A DNA stretch of 63,563 bases, filler included, from Octopus bimaculoides (Eukaryota), in assembly GCF_001194135.2 (NCBI RefSeq). It is 5 parts of 5 records of this genome, joined end to end, with 100 filler letters (N's around TTAATTAATTAA, not from the genome) between each part and the next. Parts side by side here need not be neighbours in the genome. Positions count along the whole stretch, not along the records: positions 18,283 to 27,903 come from NC_068989.1; positions 28,004 to 52,758 come from NC_068999.1; 3 more parts are not named here. One strand, 5' to 3'. The notes under the pieces were generated by a model, which saw only the letters and a program-made list of their open reading frames with translations, was not told the DNA's origin and ran no database searches. A program made the position numbers and the translations under genes. Below are positions 24,657-34,838 of the stretch, piece after piece. Every line of letters begins with the position of its first letter. The first letter of the stretch is position 1.

Positions 24657-25789
24657 TATCAGTTCATCCCGTAAGTTATGTCCGAATTTTGAATAAAGAA
24701 AACAAGTCATCAAATGTTATATTTAATTGAAATTTAATCATCAATGTACCTTCCCTGATTATCTATGATTTCCTTCCATCTATTTACAAGCTTTTTAATC
24801 CCATAAATGTAAAACTCTTTCGGTTTCAAAGCGAAGAACTCTGAAATGTCAGTTTCGACCTCCTCCTGGCTTGCGAAACAAATGGTAGTCTGAAGAAAAA
24901 GTCTGTGATGAGATCTTTGCAGTGTGGGGTCGTGCATTGTCTTGATGAAACATCACTCCTTTCCGATTCACTAAAGCGGGTCTTTTTTTCTTCAAAGCAT
25001 GCTTCAAACGCTTTCATTGCTGACAGTAGACTTGAGCATGGATTGTTGCATTAGGTGGTAACAATTCAGAGTGAATTACTCCTTGCAATCCTACCAGATA
25101 GAGAGAAGAGCCTTTTCCCCATGAATTTCCCTTCTCGGTTGTGGTTGAGCTTTTTCCCTTTTACCAAGCCACTGTTTACGGCGTTTAATATTTCGATAGA
25201 TTATCCATTTTTCGCCACCAGTTACGAGTCTATCCCAAAAGGGTGAAATGAGCTTGTGAGAATGGAGAGAAGAGCAGATGTCAACTCGAGATTTGCGGTT
25301 GCTTTCGGGCAATTCATGATGCACCCATTTTGCAAGTTTAGGAACCTATCCAAGTTGTTGAAGATGATGAAAAGTTGTATGGTTTGAACTAAGCTTTATT
25401 GCCAATTCTTCAACTGATAATGTAGGGTTTTCTTCAAGTCATGCCTCAAGGAGCTTATCATCAAACTCAACTGGACGTCCTGTTCGATCTTCATCTTCAA
25501 GGCTGAAATATCCACATCTGAATTTTGCAAACCATCTTCTGCAAATTCTTTCCCATAAACTGAGTGTATGTTTCGAGTCGCTTCCTTTTCTGTACTCATA
25601 AAGCATTATGTGCCTGAAATGCTCTTTGCATACTTCCATGTTAGAAAAGGTTTTAATCAAAGAAATTTTAATTCTATTATTCTGTAAAATAATATTTAAT
25701 CAGTTTAAATGTACACAAATGCATAAAAATAATTTTAAATTCCATTAAAAAAAGATAAAATCGGACAGGACTTATGGGATGACCTGATA
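24657..25789 (-). mobile_element. Mariner (mellifera/cecropia-like), TA-flanked, about 1.13 kb with internal deletions
   Basis: TA-TCAGTTCATCCCGTAAGTTATGTCCGA versus right-end reverse complement TA-TCAGGTCATCCCATAAGTCCTGTCCGA (4 mismatches). Transposase pieces KEHFRHIMLYEYRKG, RWFAKFRCGYFSLEDEDRTGRP, KWVHHEL, DRLVTGGEKW, SSDYHLF and GIKKLVNRWKEIIDNQGRY. Confidence 0.92.
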
Positions 25790-26279
25790 GAAGCGGGGTT
25801 GTAGTTATAAAAACAATTATTAAATGTCGTGGCATAATAAGCTAATTCTCTTCTCTTCCTCAAATATCATTCTTCTGTTAAGAAAATTTGTTTCAAAATT
25901 ATGCTTAATTCACAATTATTCAAGTGTATGATTCTTAAAATCTATTGTTCAATAACCATTCCAGTGCAATTTATGTTTCTTAGTTCACATATAGCGCACG
26001 AAGTGAGGCACTCTGGTCGATATGCGTAAGCCACAACAACTGCAGTATATTCCGACTGGATGGCACTTTTGGACTGTTCCAAGCAAGCTTCAGGGTACCT
26101 GGAATGCATGGGCTATTCAAAAACCCTTAGCTGCCTCGTCTACCATGGATCCATTTATCAAGATAGCTGCAGTTGTAACCAGTACACCAATGCATTAAAA
26201 ACAATTTTCCTTCATTAGGGATTTGTTTGTTGTTTTCTGTCACATACGACCGCCATCTCTCTGTTGAACTTCATTGTAC

Positions 26280-26490
26280 TCCTGGTCACCGACTTTAGCG
26301 CAGTACAAATCGAGCCCAGTACGAATATTTTTGCCTGGTTCTTACTTTATCGTACTCTTTTGCCAAAACTCTAGAGTACGTGGTAGAAAAACATGCAAAC
26401 ACGCGTTGTCAAGCAGTGGTAGGGGCAAACGCAAATACAAAGACAGACAGACAGACACCGACACACACAATACACACATACACACGCGTG
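26280..26490 (-). mobile_element. Degenerate SINE family A tail type 1
   Basis: Reverse complement tttggcaaaagagtacgataaagtaagaaccagg..ctgggctcgatttg..ctaaagtcggtgaccaggag. Confidence 0.55.
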
Positions 26491-27694
26491 CGCTCACACA
26501 TATCTAATGAGAATTAACCGGGAACCATGTACTTTAGAAACGAACTCTGGGTAAGTGTGGAAGTATACCTTTGTCACCATGGTTAAAATTATGAAATGTT
26601 GTACAATTGTGATTTATAAAATTTCTTTGTAGTCTTCACAAAATGAAAAAATCAATATTTGTTATGTGAAAATAATATTAAAAATAATAAGTTTTTCATT
26701 TGTACATTTGCACTTATATTTTCTCATGATACTAAAAATTTTCTATATAATTGCAAACTAATTCGCATAAAGCATTTTTCACCGCAAAATTTCATTTAAA
26801 AAAAGGTGTATTTTTCTCATTTTTCTCAATGTTATGATACATCCATCTTGCACCTCATATATTAACTCCCCCTGTATCTCTCTTTTGCTCTCACTCTCTC
26901 TTTCACTCTCTATACGATAGAAATTAAGACTGAAGTAAACTACCAAACAGTATTTATATCGGTTTTATATATGTATGTGTGTGTTTGTCTGTAAATATAT
27001 ATACGTGCGTGTGTGTGTATGTATGTATGTATGTACACGCGTGTGTGTGTATGCATGTGTCTGTCTGTGTATTTGTGTGTGTTAGAGTGTATGCGCTCAA
27101 CACAGGTGAGCTGTTCGCAATCTCGTTTTTTATTTGACTTCAAATCACTGATACATACTGTTATTTAGTTCAACACGCGCTTCATACATTGACACGGATT
27201 TAAATACAACAGATTTATATTTACATTTTATTGAGCACCCTACTGTTTATGTAAATAAACACATGCATACCCAATAATCAAAACCTCTATACTTTCGTAT
27301 TTCCACAACTCCACTCTCGTACGCACATCCCAAAAATACTACTCTCATCACTCACTCATTATGCACATTTTTAATCTGGATACCCACCTATATCGGTGCA
27401 TATCTTTCAGCTTTCTTATATTTATGCTTTTGTATTGATGAAGGCCAATCTTCTTAAATGTTTAGACTTCTTTCATTTTTTAAAGCGTTAAACTATTACA
27501 ATATTTGTTAAAGCTTGTTTTGCTTTTGATATTTCCAATATATGTGTATATCTATATTTGCATATACACTTCTACATATTTTCTGTCTTGTCTCTCTATC
27601 AAATTTCGCATATATATATATATATACATACAATGTTAATTCTCTAAATGAAGTATTAACAGTAACTGCACGATAAAGTGTAGTATATTGCCAC

Positions 27695-27900
27695 TTAAGT
27701 GTGGCTGACCCCTAGGGATGGATGTTACTGTTGCTTTTAGCCCCAGGAGGACATCTCCTCCAGCTGGCTTATCGACACACTACTGTGTCCTGTTTGCCAA
27801 GGGAAGTTATCCCTCCCATCATGATCTGTAGCACGAACGGACCCGGGTTTCAGGGTTATTTCCCTTCGTCAGCGTCCGATAGCCACTGATCTTTGATGAG
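27695..27900 (+). repeat. Interspersed repeat (tttagccccaggagg..gacacac..), possibly a LINE 5' region
   Basis: Related to about 54405-54560 (gtgaagggaataatactactgctatttagccctaggaag..ttgacacatttcctgtg). Confidence 0.4.
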
Positions 27901-27903
27901 AGA

Positions 27904-28003
27904 NNNNNNNNNNNNNNNNNNNNNNNNNNNNNNNNNNNNNNNNNNNNTTAATTAATTAANNNNNNNNNNNNNNNNNNNNNNNNNNNNNNNNNNNNNNNNN
28001 NNN
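27904..28003. other. Artificial assembly spacer (six-frame stop linker)
   Basis: 44 N + TTAATTAATTAA + 44 N. Confidence 0.95.
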
Positions 28004-28089
28004 TTCGTGTGTGTGCATGTACATATGTATGTATATATGTATGTGTGTGAGTAAATGTATGTATGTATATATATATATATATATATGAA

Positions 28090-28262
28090 TGTGTGTGTGT
28101 GTGTGTCTGTATTTATACCTGTACTTAGCTGTTCGGCAAAAAAAGATCGATAGAATAAGTGCTAGGCTTACAAAGAATAAGGCCTGGGGGTCGATTTTTT
28201 CGACGAAAGGTGGTGCTCCAGCATCTCCGCAGCCAAATGACAAGCAAATAAAAGAAAGAATA
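28090..28262 (+). mobile_element. SINE family A tail type 1
   Basis: cttagctgttcggcaaaaaaagatcgatagaataagtgctaggcttacaaagaataaggcctgggggtcgatt..ggtgctccagcat. Confidence 0.75.
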
Positions 28263-28797
28263 TATGTGAGTATGCGTGTGCTCTCGCGCATGTCTATAAG
28301 TGTGTATATACAGGTATATGAGCATATATTTATGAACTTATATGTCGGTGTAAATTTGTATATACGTATGTATATGTGCGCATACATTTATGTATACACG
28401 TAAGTATACGTAAATGCATGTACGTGTTTACACTGTGTGTCTGTGCGTCTGTGCTTTTGTATCACCTTATGTCCTACCGGAAATTTTAAAAAGATAACTG
28501 AAAGTAATAATTAGTGAAGAGAACAAAAATCATTACCATCTCATTACTAATGTTCAAGTAGTTATCATACTTTCATGTTCCTCATTTCACCTGGGATGTA
28601 ATTACGTCATCGTTCTTTCGTAATTTGCGATGGAAGGATCAATAATAAAACATACTAGCTAGCACTCTGTATATTGTAGCTAAATATAGTATTATTTTGA
28701 GACGAATTTTATTTGATATATATACACAGTTATGTGCGGTTAAGCTGCTTGGTTTGCACTCATTCTGATTTAGTTTTGCTGTAGATTAACTTTTCAT

Positions 28798-29081
28798 TAG
28801 CAGAATCGTTAGCACGCCGGGCAAAATGCTAAGCGGCAATTCGTCCATCTTTAGTTTTTTGAGTTCAAGTTCCAACCAAGTCGACGTTGCCTTTCATCAT
28901 TTTGGGACCTATAAAATAAGTACCAGTTGAGTACTGGGATTGAAGTATTCGACCTATCCCATCCCCCGAAAATTCTGGCTTCGTGCCAAAATTTGAAATC
29001 GGTATTATAAGCATGTCTTTAGCTTCGGCCAGATCAATGCCTCGTGAATGAATTTAGGAGAAAATTGAGAGCAACCAAATT

Positions 29082-29123
<42 letters not shown>

Positions 29124-29310
29124 ATCCGTTTTCACAACCGGTGTTGATTACTTTACGTCTGCATAACGCAGCAATTCGGCAAAAGAAAGGGATAGAAAGA
29201 AGTACAAGGCGTAAATACATACTAGGGTCGTTTTGCTTGACTACAACCCTCCAAGGCCGTGTTCCAGAATGGCTGCAACCATTGAATGAAACGGTTAAAG
29301 GATCAGAAAG
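28798..29310 (+). mobile_element. SINE family B (28798-29007) followed directly by SINE family A core and tail (29008-29310)
   Basis: gcagaatcgttagcacgccgggcaaaatgctaagcgg..gtgccaaaatttgaaatc, then cggccagatcaatgcctcgtgaatgaattt, (TG)n, and cacaaccggtgttg..ttcggcaaaag..ccagaatggctgca. Confidence 0.75.
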
Positions 29311-29699
29311 ATACCCAACCCACTGGCGCGCAGAGAATAATTCAGTTAGGGCCAACACATTAAATGCAGGCAATTTTTTTAATTTTTGTCAAATTTGCAT
29401 TGACATCAGCGTTCAGATCGAACATCGAATGCATATTATGTCACATTCTAGTGTACAAACCGTCATAGATACATAGAACATGTTTTATAAACGGACATTC
29501 TTTCATTTGACAACTGTTGCATGCAAAATTTAGATATTTAAGTACGATCATTGATTCGTGTTCTAGTTGAAATTGTGATGGTCTTTCTGTTTGTGATAAT
29601 GGCCGCAGTAGAAAAGAGCAGTGCACACACAGCGTGATATTTTCTTTGGGTAAATATGATAAAGCTTTGCTTTGAATTAGCTAACTGGATCAGGATTAT

Positions 29700-30030
29700 T
29701 ATCTATTGCACGTTATTTTGTTCGGATGAGAAAGAAAATTTATGAAATGAGGCACCTCTGTATGAATTCTGAAATATAATTGCAAAGGTAGATTGTTATG
29801 CATATAGGATGATACGTTGAATGAATGGGTATCGAAACCATTGATTCGAGAAATGATGTTAAGATGGAAAATATCACAAAAGTACATTCGATCGTCAGTT
29901 CAATGCAGAAGAAAGATAGCTCCAGTGGTTTCAAAAGAATCCACGGAGGCCCGAGTGCAGAACGTTCATCAGGGTTGATGGAGCAAATATCAAAATACAT
30001 TAGAACCTAAATGTTCATATCGGTAAGTGT
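29700..30030 (+). mobile_element. Very degenerate Tc1/mariner (maT-like) transposase remnant
   Basis: LFCSDEK near the start, DCYAY (compare DYY-W), ETIDS..ITKV..M, and a terminal IRVDGANIK-like stretch resembling the AVI..DGGHIE C-terminus. Confidence 0.3.
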
Positions 30031-30683
30031 TGAAATCCTTTCACATTCCTTTCTTAAGGGGCTTTGGTTCTACAAGATCTCGACGCTGTTGTTGAGTCTG
30101 TGAAAGGTAAAATCTTCGAACACGAGAGATAATCACTTTTGCATAGAGTTCAACATGTTGTGGAGAAACGATGAGTTCACGTTCTTATTCTAAACGTCAT
30201 AACCAGCGCACAACGGTGATGAACGGTCAAAAGTGAAACTTAGAGTAGTATGTCAGCATATATATGACATCATGTATATGTATGTATGTGTGTGTATGTA
30301 TCGTGTTTATATAAGTACGGAGATGTGTAGATCTATATGCGTTGTGATGTGTGACAAGCAATCTTAGTTCGAGGAAAGCAGCGTGTCCGATACTGCTTAC
30401 CTTTATTCAGTGCAGTACGACCGGAGTATCAAACCACAGGATAGGCTAGCAATCTGAAATACGCGCCACGTAATAATAATATTAATAAAATAAAATATGG
30501 AAACCATATATGGCATTCAAAGCTTTATAAAACGTACACGTAAATATACATGCGTGTGTGTATCTGTTTGTGAAAATATGTAACGTGTGTATATATATGT
30601 GTGCATTTATAAATATATGTGTGTCTATCTATATTAGCATATCTATATTTTTGCGTGTGTATATATATGTGTGNNNNNNNNNN

Positions 30684-30716
<33 letters not shown>

Positions 30717-30794
30717 GTGTGTATGTATGTATGTATGTATGTAGAGAGAGAGAGAGAGATGCTTGTGATGCTGAAGATAATTTGTACAATTATG

Positions 30795-31270
30795 TAGTCG
30801 ACTTTCTAAACGGGTGTAAACTTTGCTGGAATTTTAACTCCTAATATTACCTTTGGAATTGTAAGGGTTGCAATGCCATTGCGAAATTTATATAAGGATA
30901 ATGGGCTTTGCAATGGAACAGAAATTCTGAAAACCCATTTCTAAGAACGCATGATTGAAGGCGATATTGTTCCAGATGGTGAACATAATGGAAAATATGT
31001 CATTATACCTTGAATTATAGCGAGATATTCTGATAGAATTCTGACATTCACTTCACGTGATTACAGTTTCAAGTTTGAATGGCATTTGCAAGGACCGACA
31101 ATAAATCTTAATATCAAGGATTGAGTGAAATATATTTAAGTATGTTCCCTCTAGCTACTTTAATTGCACATTGACAAACGTATGTAGATCTGTCAAAAGC
31201 TAAAGGAGGTGCTGTAGATATAGTGACGAAAAACATCAAAGTAGGTATGTATTTTCAGATTTTGAAGTAA
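30795..31270 (+). mobile_element. Helitron Rep/helicase C-terminal remnant (Pif1-family helicase motifs)
   Basis: PLRNLYKDNGLCNGTEI..KYVIIP*I..LQFQV*MAFA..TINKS..G..TYVDLSK..TKNI, collinear with the LLRN..GLCNGTRL / FPVRLAFAMTINKSQGQ / GQLYVALSRV motifs. Confidence 0.75.
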
Positions 31271-31344
31271 CAGAACTTTCACTCCTAAGTGTGATGTAAT
31301 CCGATTACTTAATCGAGGTAATTTATCATCGACATCAGCAAACG

Positions 31345-31520
31345 CCGGACATTAGGCATCGAGTTCTTGGACTCAGGGCCGGTTACCCGGTTTCCATGGA
31401 GTATAAATGACCAAAGTGACACCATTCCCCTTGATCGACGCCAGTCCGTCGCAGGGTTACTCATCTACAGGTCAGTGGACTGGAAGAAAGCAGGATGAAG
31501 TGGTTTGCTTGTGGAAAAAG
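31345..31520 (-). mobile_element. SINE family C variant
   Basis: cagggccggttacccggtttccatgg..gacgccagtccgtcgcagggttactcat..cagtggactggaag..tgaagtggtttgct. Confidence 0.6.
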
Positions 31521-31577
31521 GTACCACCCGCACCCAAGAATAAAAACTGCGCGTCTTTTACAAATAAATTTTATATA

Positions 31578-31685
31578 AGCGCAGGAGCGGCTGTGTAGTA
31601 AGATGCTTGCTTCCGAACCACACAGTTCCGGGTTCAGTCCCACTACCTGGGCTGATCAAAACCTTGTGAGTGAATTTGGTAATGA
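31578..31685 (+). mobile_element. SINE family A head with shortened core
   Basis: gcgcaggagcggctgtgtagtaagatgcttgcttccgaaccacacagttccgggttcagtcccact..ccttgtgagtgaatttggta. Confidence 0.75.
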
Positions 31686-32602
31686 GGAGCATGATTTCTA
31701 ATTGGTTGCAAATTTTTTGGTGTCACAGCATTCTCACACTCTCTTCTCGTGTATAAATTTCCGGGTTGCGTTCTGCCAGGCGCCATTCAAACCACTAGAT
31801 AGAGTTGAAATACGCAAATATCGAAAACATAAGGATATCCATTAGGCTGCTGAAGATGGGATGGACATGTTTGATCTCTTGTTTCTGAGGTATTGCTGAC
31901 TGTTAATCTTTTTTATGTTACGCTCTACTAGGTTCGTAGTTGTCCATCATTGAGGTTATATACATGTATAGATGGTAACATTTTTTGCCACTATAACATG
32001 GCTGGGCTATACGGAACTGCTTGTGTATATTTATATAACTTTTACTGCGTATTGACTATAGAAAATGAACATTAGTAAGTGATTCCCAGACGTACAAATG
32101 CCCATTTTTCAGTTGGGGGTTTATATTCTCATATATCAGACTATTTCACATAAGTAATGAACGGCGAAAGCATTTTACGCGTCACCTCTCTTAATTTAGC
32201 AACATATATATACGTATCGATAGATAGATGAATAGATAGATAGAAAGATGGATACCGCATAGTGGATGATGGGGTTTCTCGTGATCCCATTTTGAAAATA
32301 TTGATCAAAAAGAAACACCTGCACATTGTGACATACAGCAACAAGAACATAATTTGAGAGAAAGCGCGAATAAGCAGTCATAGAAGGTTACTGCTTCCTT
32401 CGTTACTGTCAATTATTTGAGGTTTGTAAGAGAATATAACAAGCAAAGAATATACGTTGATTCATGAATCAATAAAAGATACATATAAAAGAGATGGCAC
32501 TGCAATTGTTTTCTTTTTTACTTTATTCCATTCTGTATAATTCCTACCACTGCTCCGTATAAGTGTGTTTTACGTGCGTGCACACACACAGACCACACAC
32601 AC

Positions 32603-32645
<43 letters not shown>

Positions 32646-33914
32646 CAACTGACTTATTTTTGGATATAACCTACGTGTATAACGGTTGTGCCTTTTTACA
32701 TATTGGCATTTATTATTGTTCCGCTGATAAATGTATCGGCATTAAAATGAGAGGTGCCTAATACCTATTGGATAGTGTTGTGCGTTTAATGAGTTTAAGG
32801 AATTGGATAGCAAATTATTTTCGTACAGCAAATTAATAAACAAGCATAAATAAACGAATGACATAGGTATGCAAGTAGATAGTTCTAAGAAAGTATTGAA
32901 ATAGGCGGGAATTCATCAACAGATGTATGTAGTATGTAGGTGTTCGTATCGTCTATGTCGACGTATAATGACAGGCACACATAGAGATATATATGTGTTA
33001 TGTGAATGTGTACGTGCGCGCGTGTATAAATATATATAAGATGCGAATTTATCACCTCACAAATGCGATGTAATGTTTTCTCGAAGATGAAAGTAAAACG
33101 CAATGTTGGACAGCACGCTACAACACACGCACACATACAGATATGGATGCATGCACCTACATATATGTGTGTGTGAGTGAGTGAGAGTGTGTACACACAC
33201 AGAGTAATGGAATACACGTGCGCGTGTACTGACTTTGCACATGTGTGTACGCATGTGAGTACCCTGATAATATTCAGGGACAGACCATATATATGTATGA
33301 CTGTGTATGTATGTGTGGGTATATAAAACACATACAGACACACCCACAAACAGAAAAAAAACTAGTGCGTATCGCATCTGTTCGATCGTCTTTCAGGGGA
33401 TACGAAAACTAATCAAAAACGATACATTGAAGATAATTAATTGCTTCGTTTCCTTTTATTCTAATGTATTTTCGATGTTTTTTAATATATTTTTTTTTAT
33501 ATTTAGTTTTATTTATTTCTCTAATTTATGTTTTGCTCTTTTATTTTATATCTTCATTCATTTGGTTATTTATTGGGTGTTCCTGTCGCACGTTTCTGTT
33601 TTGATGTATACGTTTAGTGATTTCCTTTAATAATATTTTTTTCCTTCTTACAAAGGAAAAATAATCTCTACACTTATTAATGTTTTAGTCTTGCTGACGT
33701 TATTGCCTGATCTGTTTGCATTCACAGCACAGCCATCTTCACAAATTTTCTCGATTCTTAATCGACTCCGGCTACATAACTTTTGTTCCGATGTCTTTGG
33801 TTATTTCACACTCCATCGTTCTCTACCGTCCCAAATGTTTTAATTAATGAAGAAAACCGTCATCCTCACAAGCGAGATCACGAGATCGCAGTTTCAGTTC
33901 ATGGATCGGGTGAA

Positions 33915-34200
33915 GAAGTAGCAGCATCAAGGCCACCATCCTGAAATATCGTCTGAGATGGGTGCGTCACGTAGGCTGTCTCGTAAAATTTTAAATGGTG
34001 AACTTTCCAGCGGAAGTAGACTCCGAGGCCTGCATCGATACAAGGACTAGCTGAAGCAAAGTCTAAAACTGACTGGAATCGATCTCAAAGCCTGGGACAA
34101 GAAAGTAAAATGGAGGCTACAACAACCAAAGCTTCCAACACGGATCCCTTGTGAACTTTGCAAGAATCGGCCTCATTGGTAATTAGATGAATAAACACGG
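33915..34200 (+). mobile_element. RTE (BovB-like) LINE ORF2 C-terminal remnant
   Basis: SIKATILKYRLRWVRHV..RKILNGELSSGSRLRG..RYKD*LKQSLKLTGIDLKAWDK. Confidence 0.8.
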
Positions 34201-34272
34201 ACTGAGGGGAAGAAGCGGTCAAGAAGAAGCCAAATAAATTATGAGATAAACGATAAAACGCTGACGACGACG

Positions 34273-34324
<52 letters not shown>

Positions 34325-34416
34325 CAATGCAATGAGAACAGAAAGAGCACAACAAGGTAGGGGCAAGTTTAAAGAAATGCTGTATTATTTTAACGTCCAA
34401 AAAGGGAGGATAAGTG

Positions 34417-34452
34417 TCTTGACATTTCGGATGCTAATCTTTCATCAGAAGC
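34417..34452 (-). ncRNA. Minimal type I hammerhead-ribozyme motif (Penelope-type), near-intact
   Basis: Minus strand CUU-CUGAUGA-A-aGAU(UAGC)AUCC-GAAA-UGUC-AAG. Stem I CUU/AAG, stem II 3 bp plus one mismatch, GUC cleavage triplet. Confidence 0.55.
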
Positions 34453-34794
34453 TGGTTGGATTGTGTGTGTATGTGCGTGTGTTCTTTTAAACGTTTCACA
34501 CCTAAGGCTGTGGTCATGCTGGGACACCGCCAATATGTATTGTTGAGTGTCATTATAGCAGCATTATCTCGCTAAAGTACAACATTCTGACTCGGCTAGC
34601 AATAGATATTTCTCTGTGTAGAAATAAATGTTCTTTCGTTTATACTGCCCAGTTACATTTTCATGATTGCCGATCGAAAATATGATGCGTATTGTCTTTC
34701 TCACGTCTGCCTCCATTTCTAAGTACGTGACCATTTCTTCTCTATCTGAATATTTCCAAATAAATATTTGTGTACATACAGTTTCTTATAGAAC

Positions 34795-34838
<44 letters not shown>

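Noticed and set aside
27435-27470. ttgatgaaggccaatc.. hammerhead-like start
   Set aside because: The GAAA half and stems are missing; too decayed to support.
29800-30022. Exon-like segment ending in G|GTAAGT at about 30022
   Set aside because: All frames stop before the donor, and the segment is better explained as a Tc1/mariner C-terminal relic.
30851-30926. Minus-strand 76-nt exon candidate (ISVPLQSPLSLYKFRNGIATLTIPK, Ig-like ending)
   Set aside because: The plus strand of the same bases encodes the Helitron LRNL..GLCNGT motif, so the splice-like signals are coincidental.
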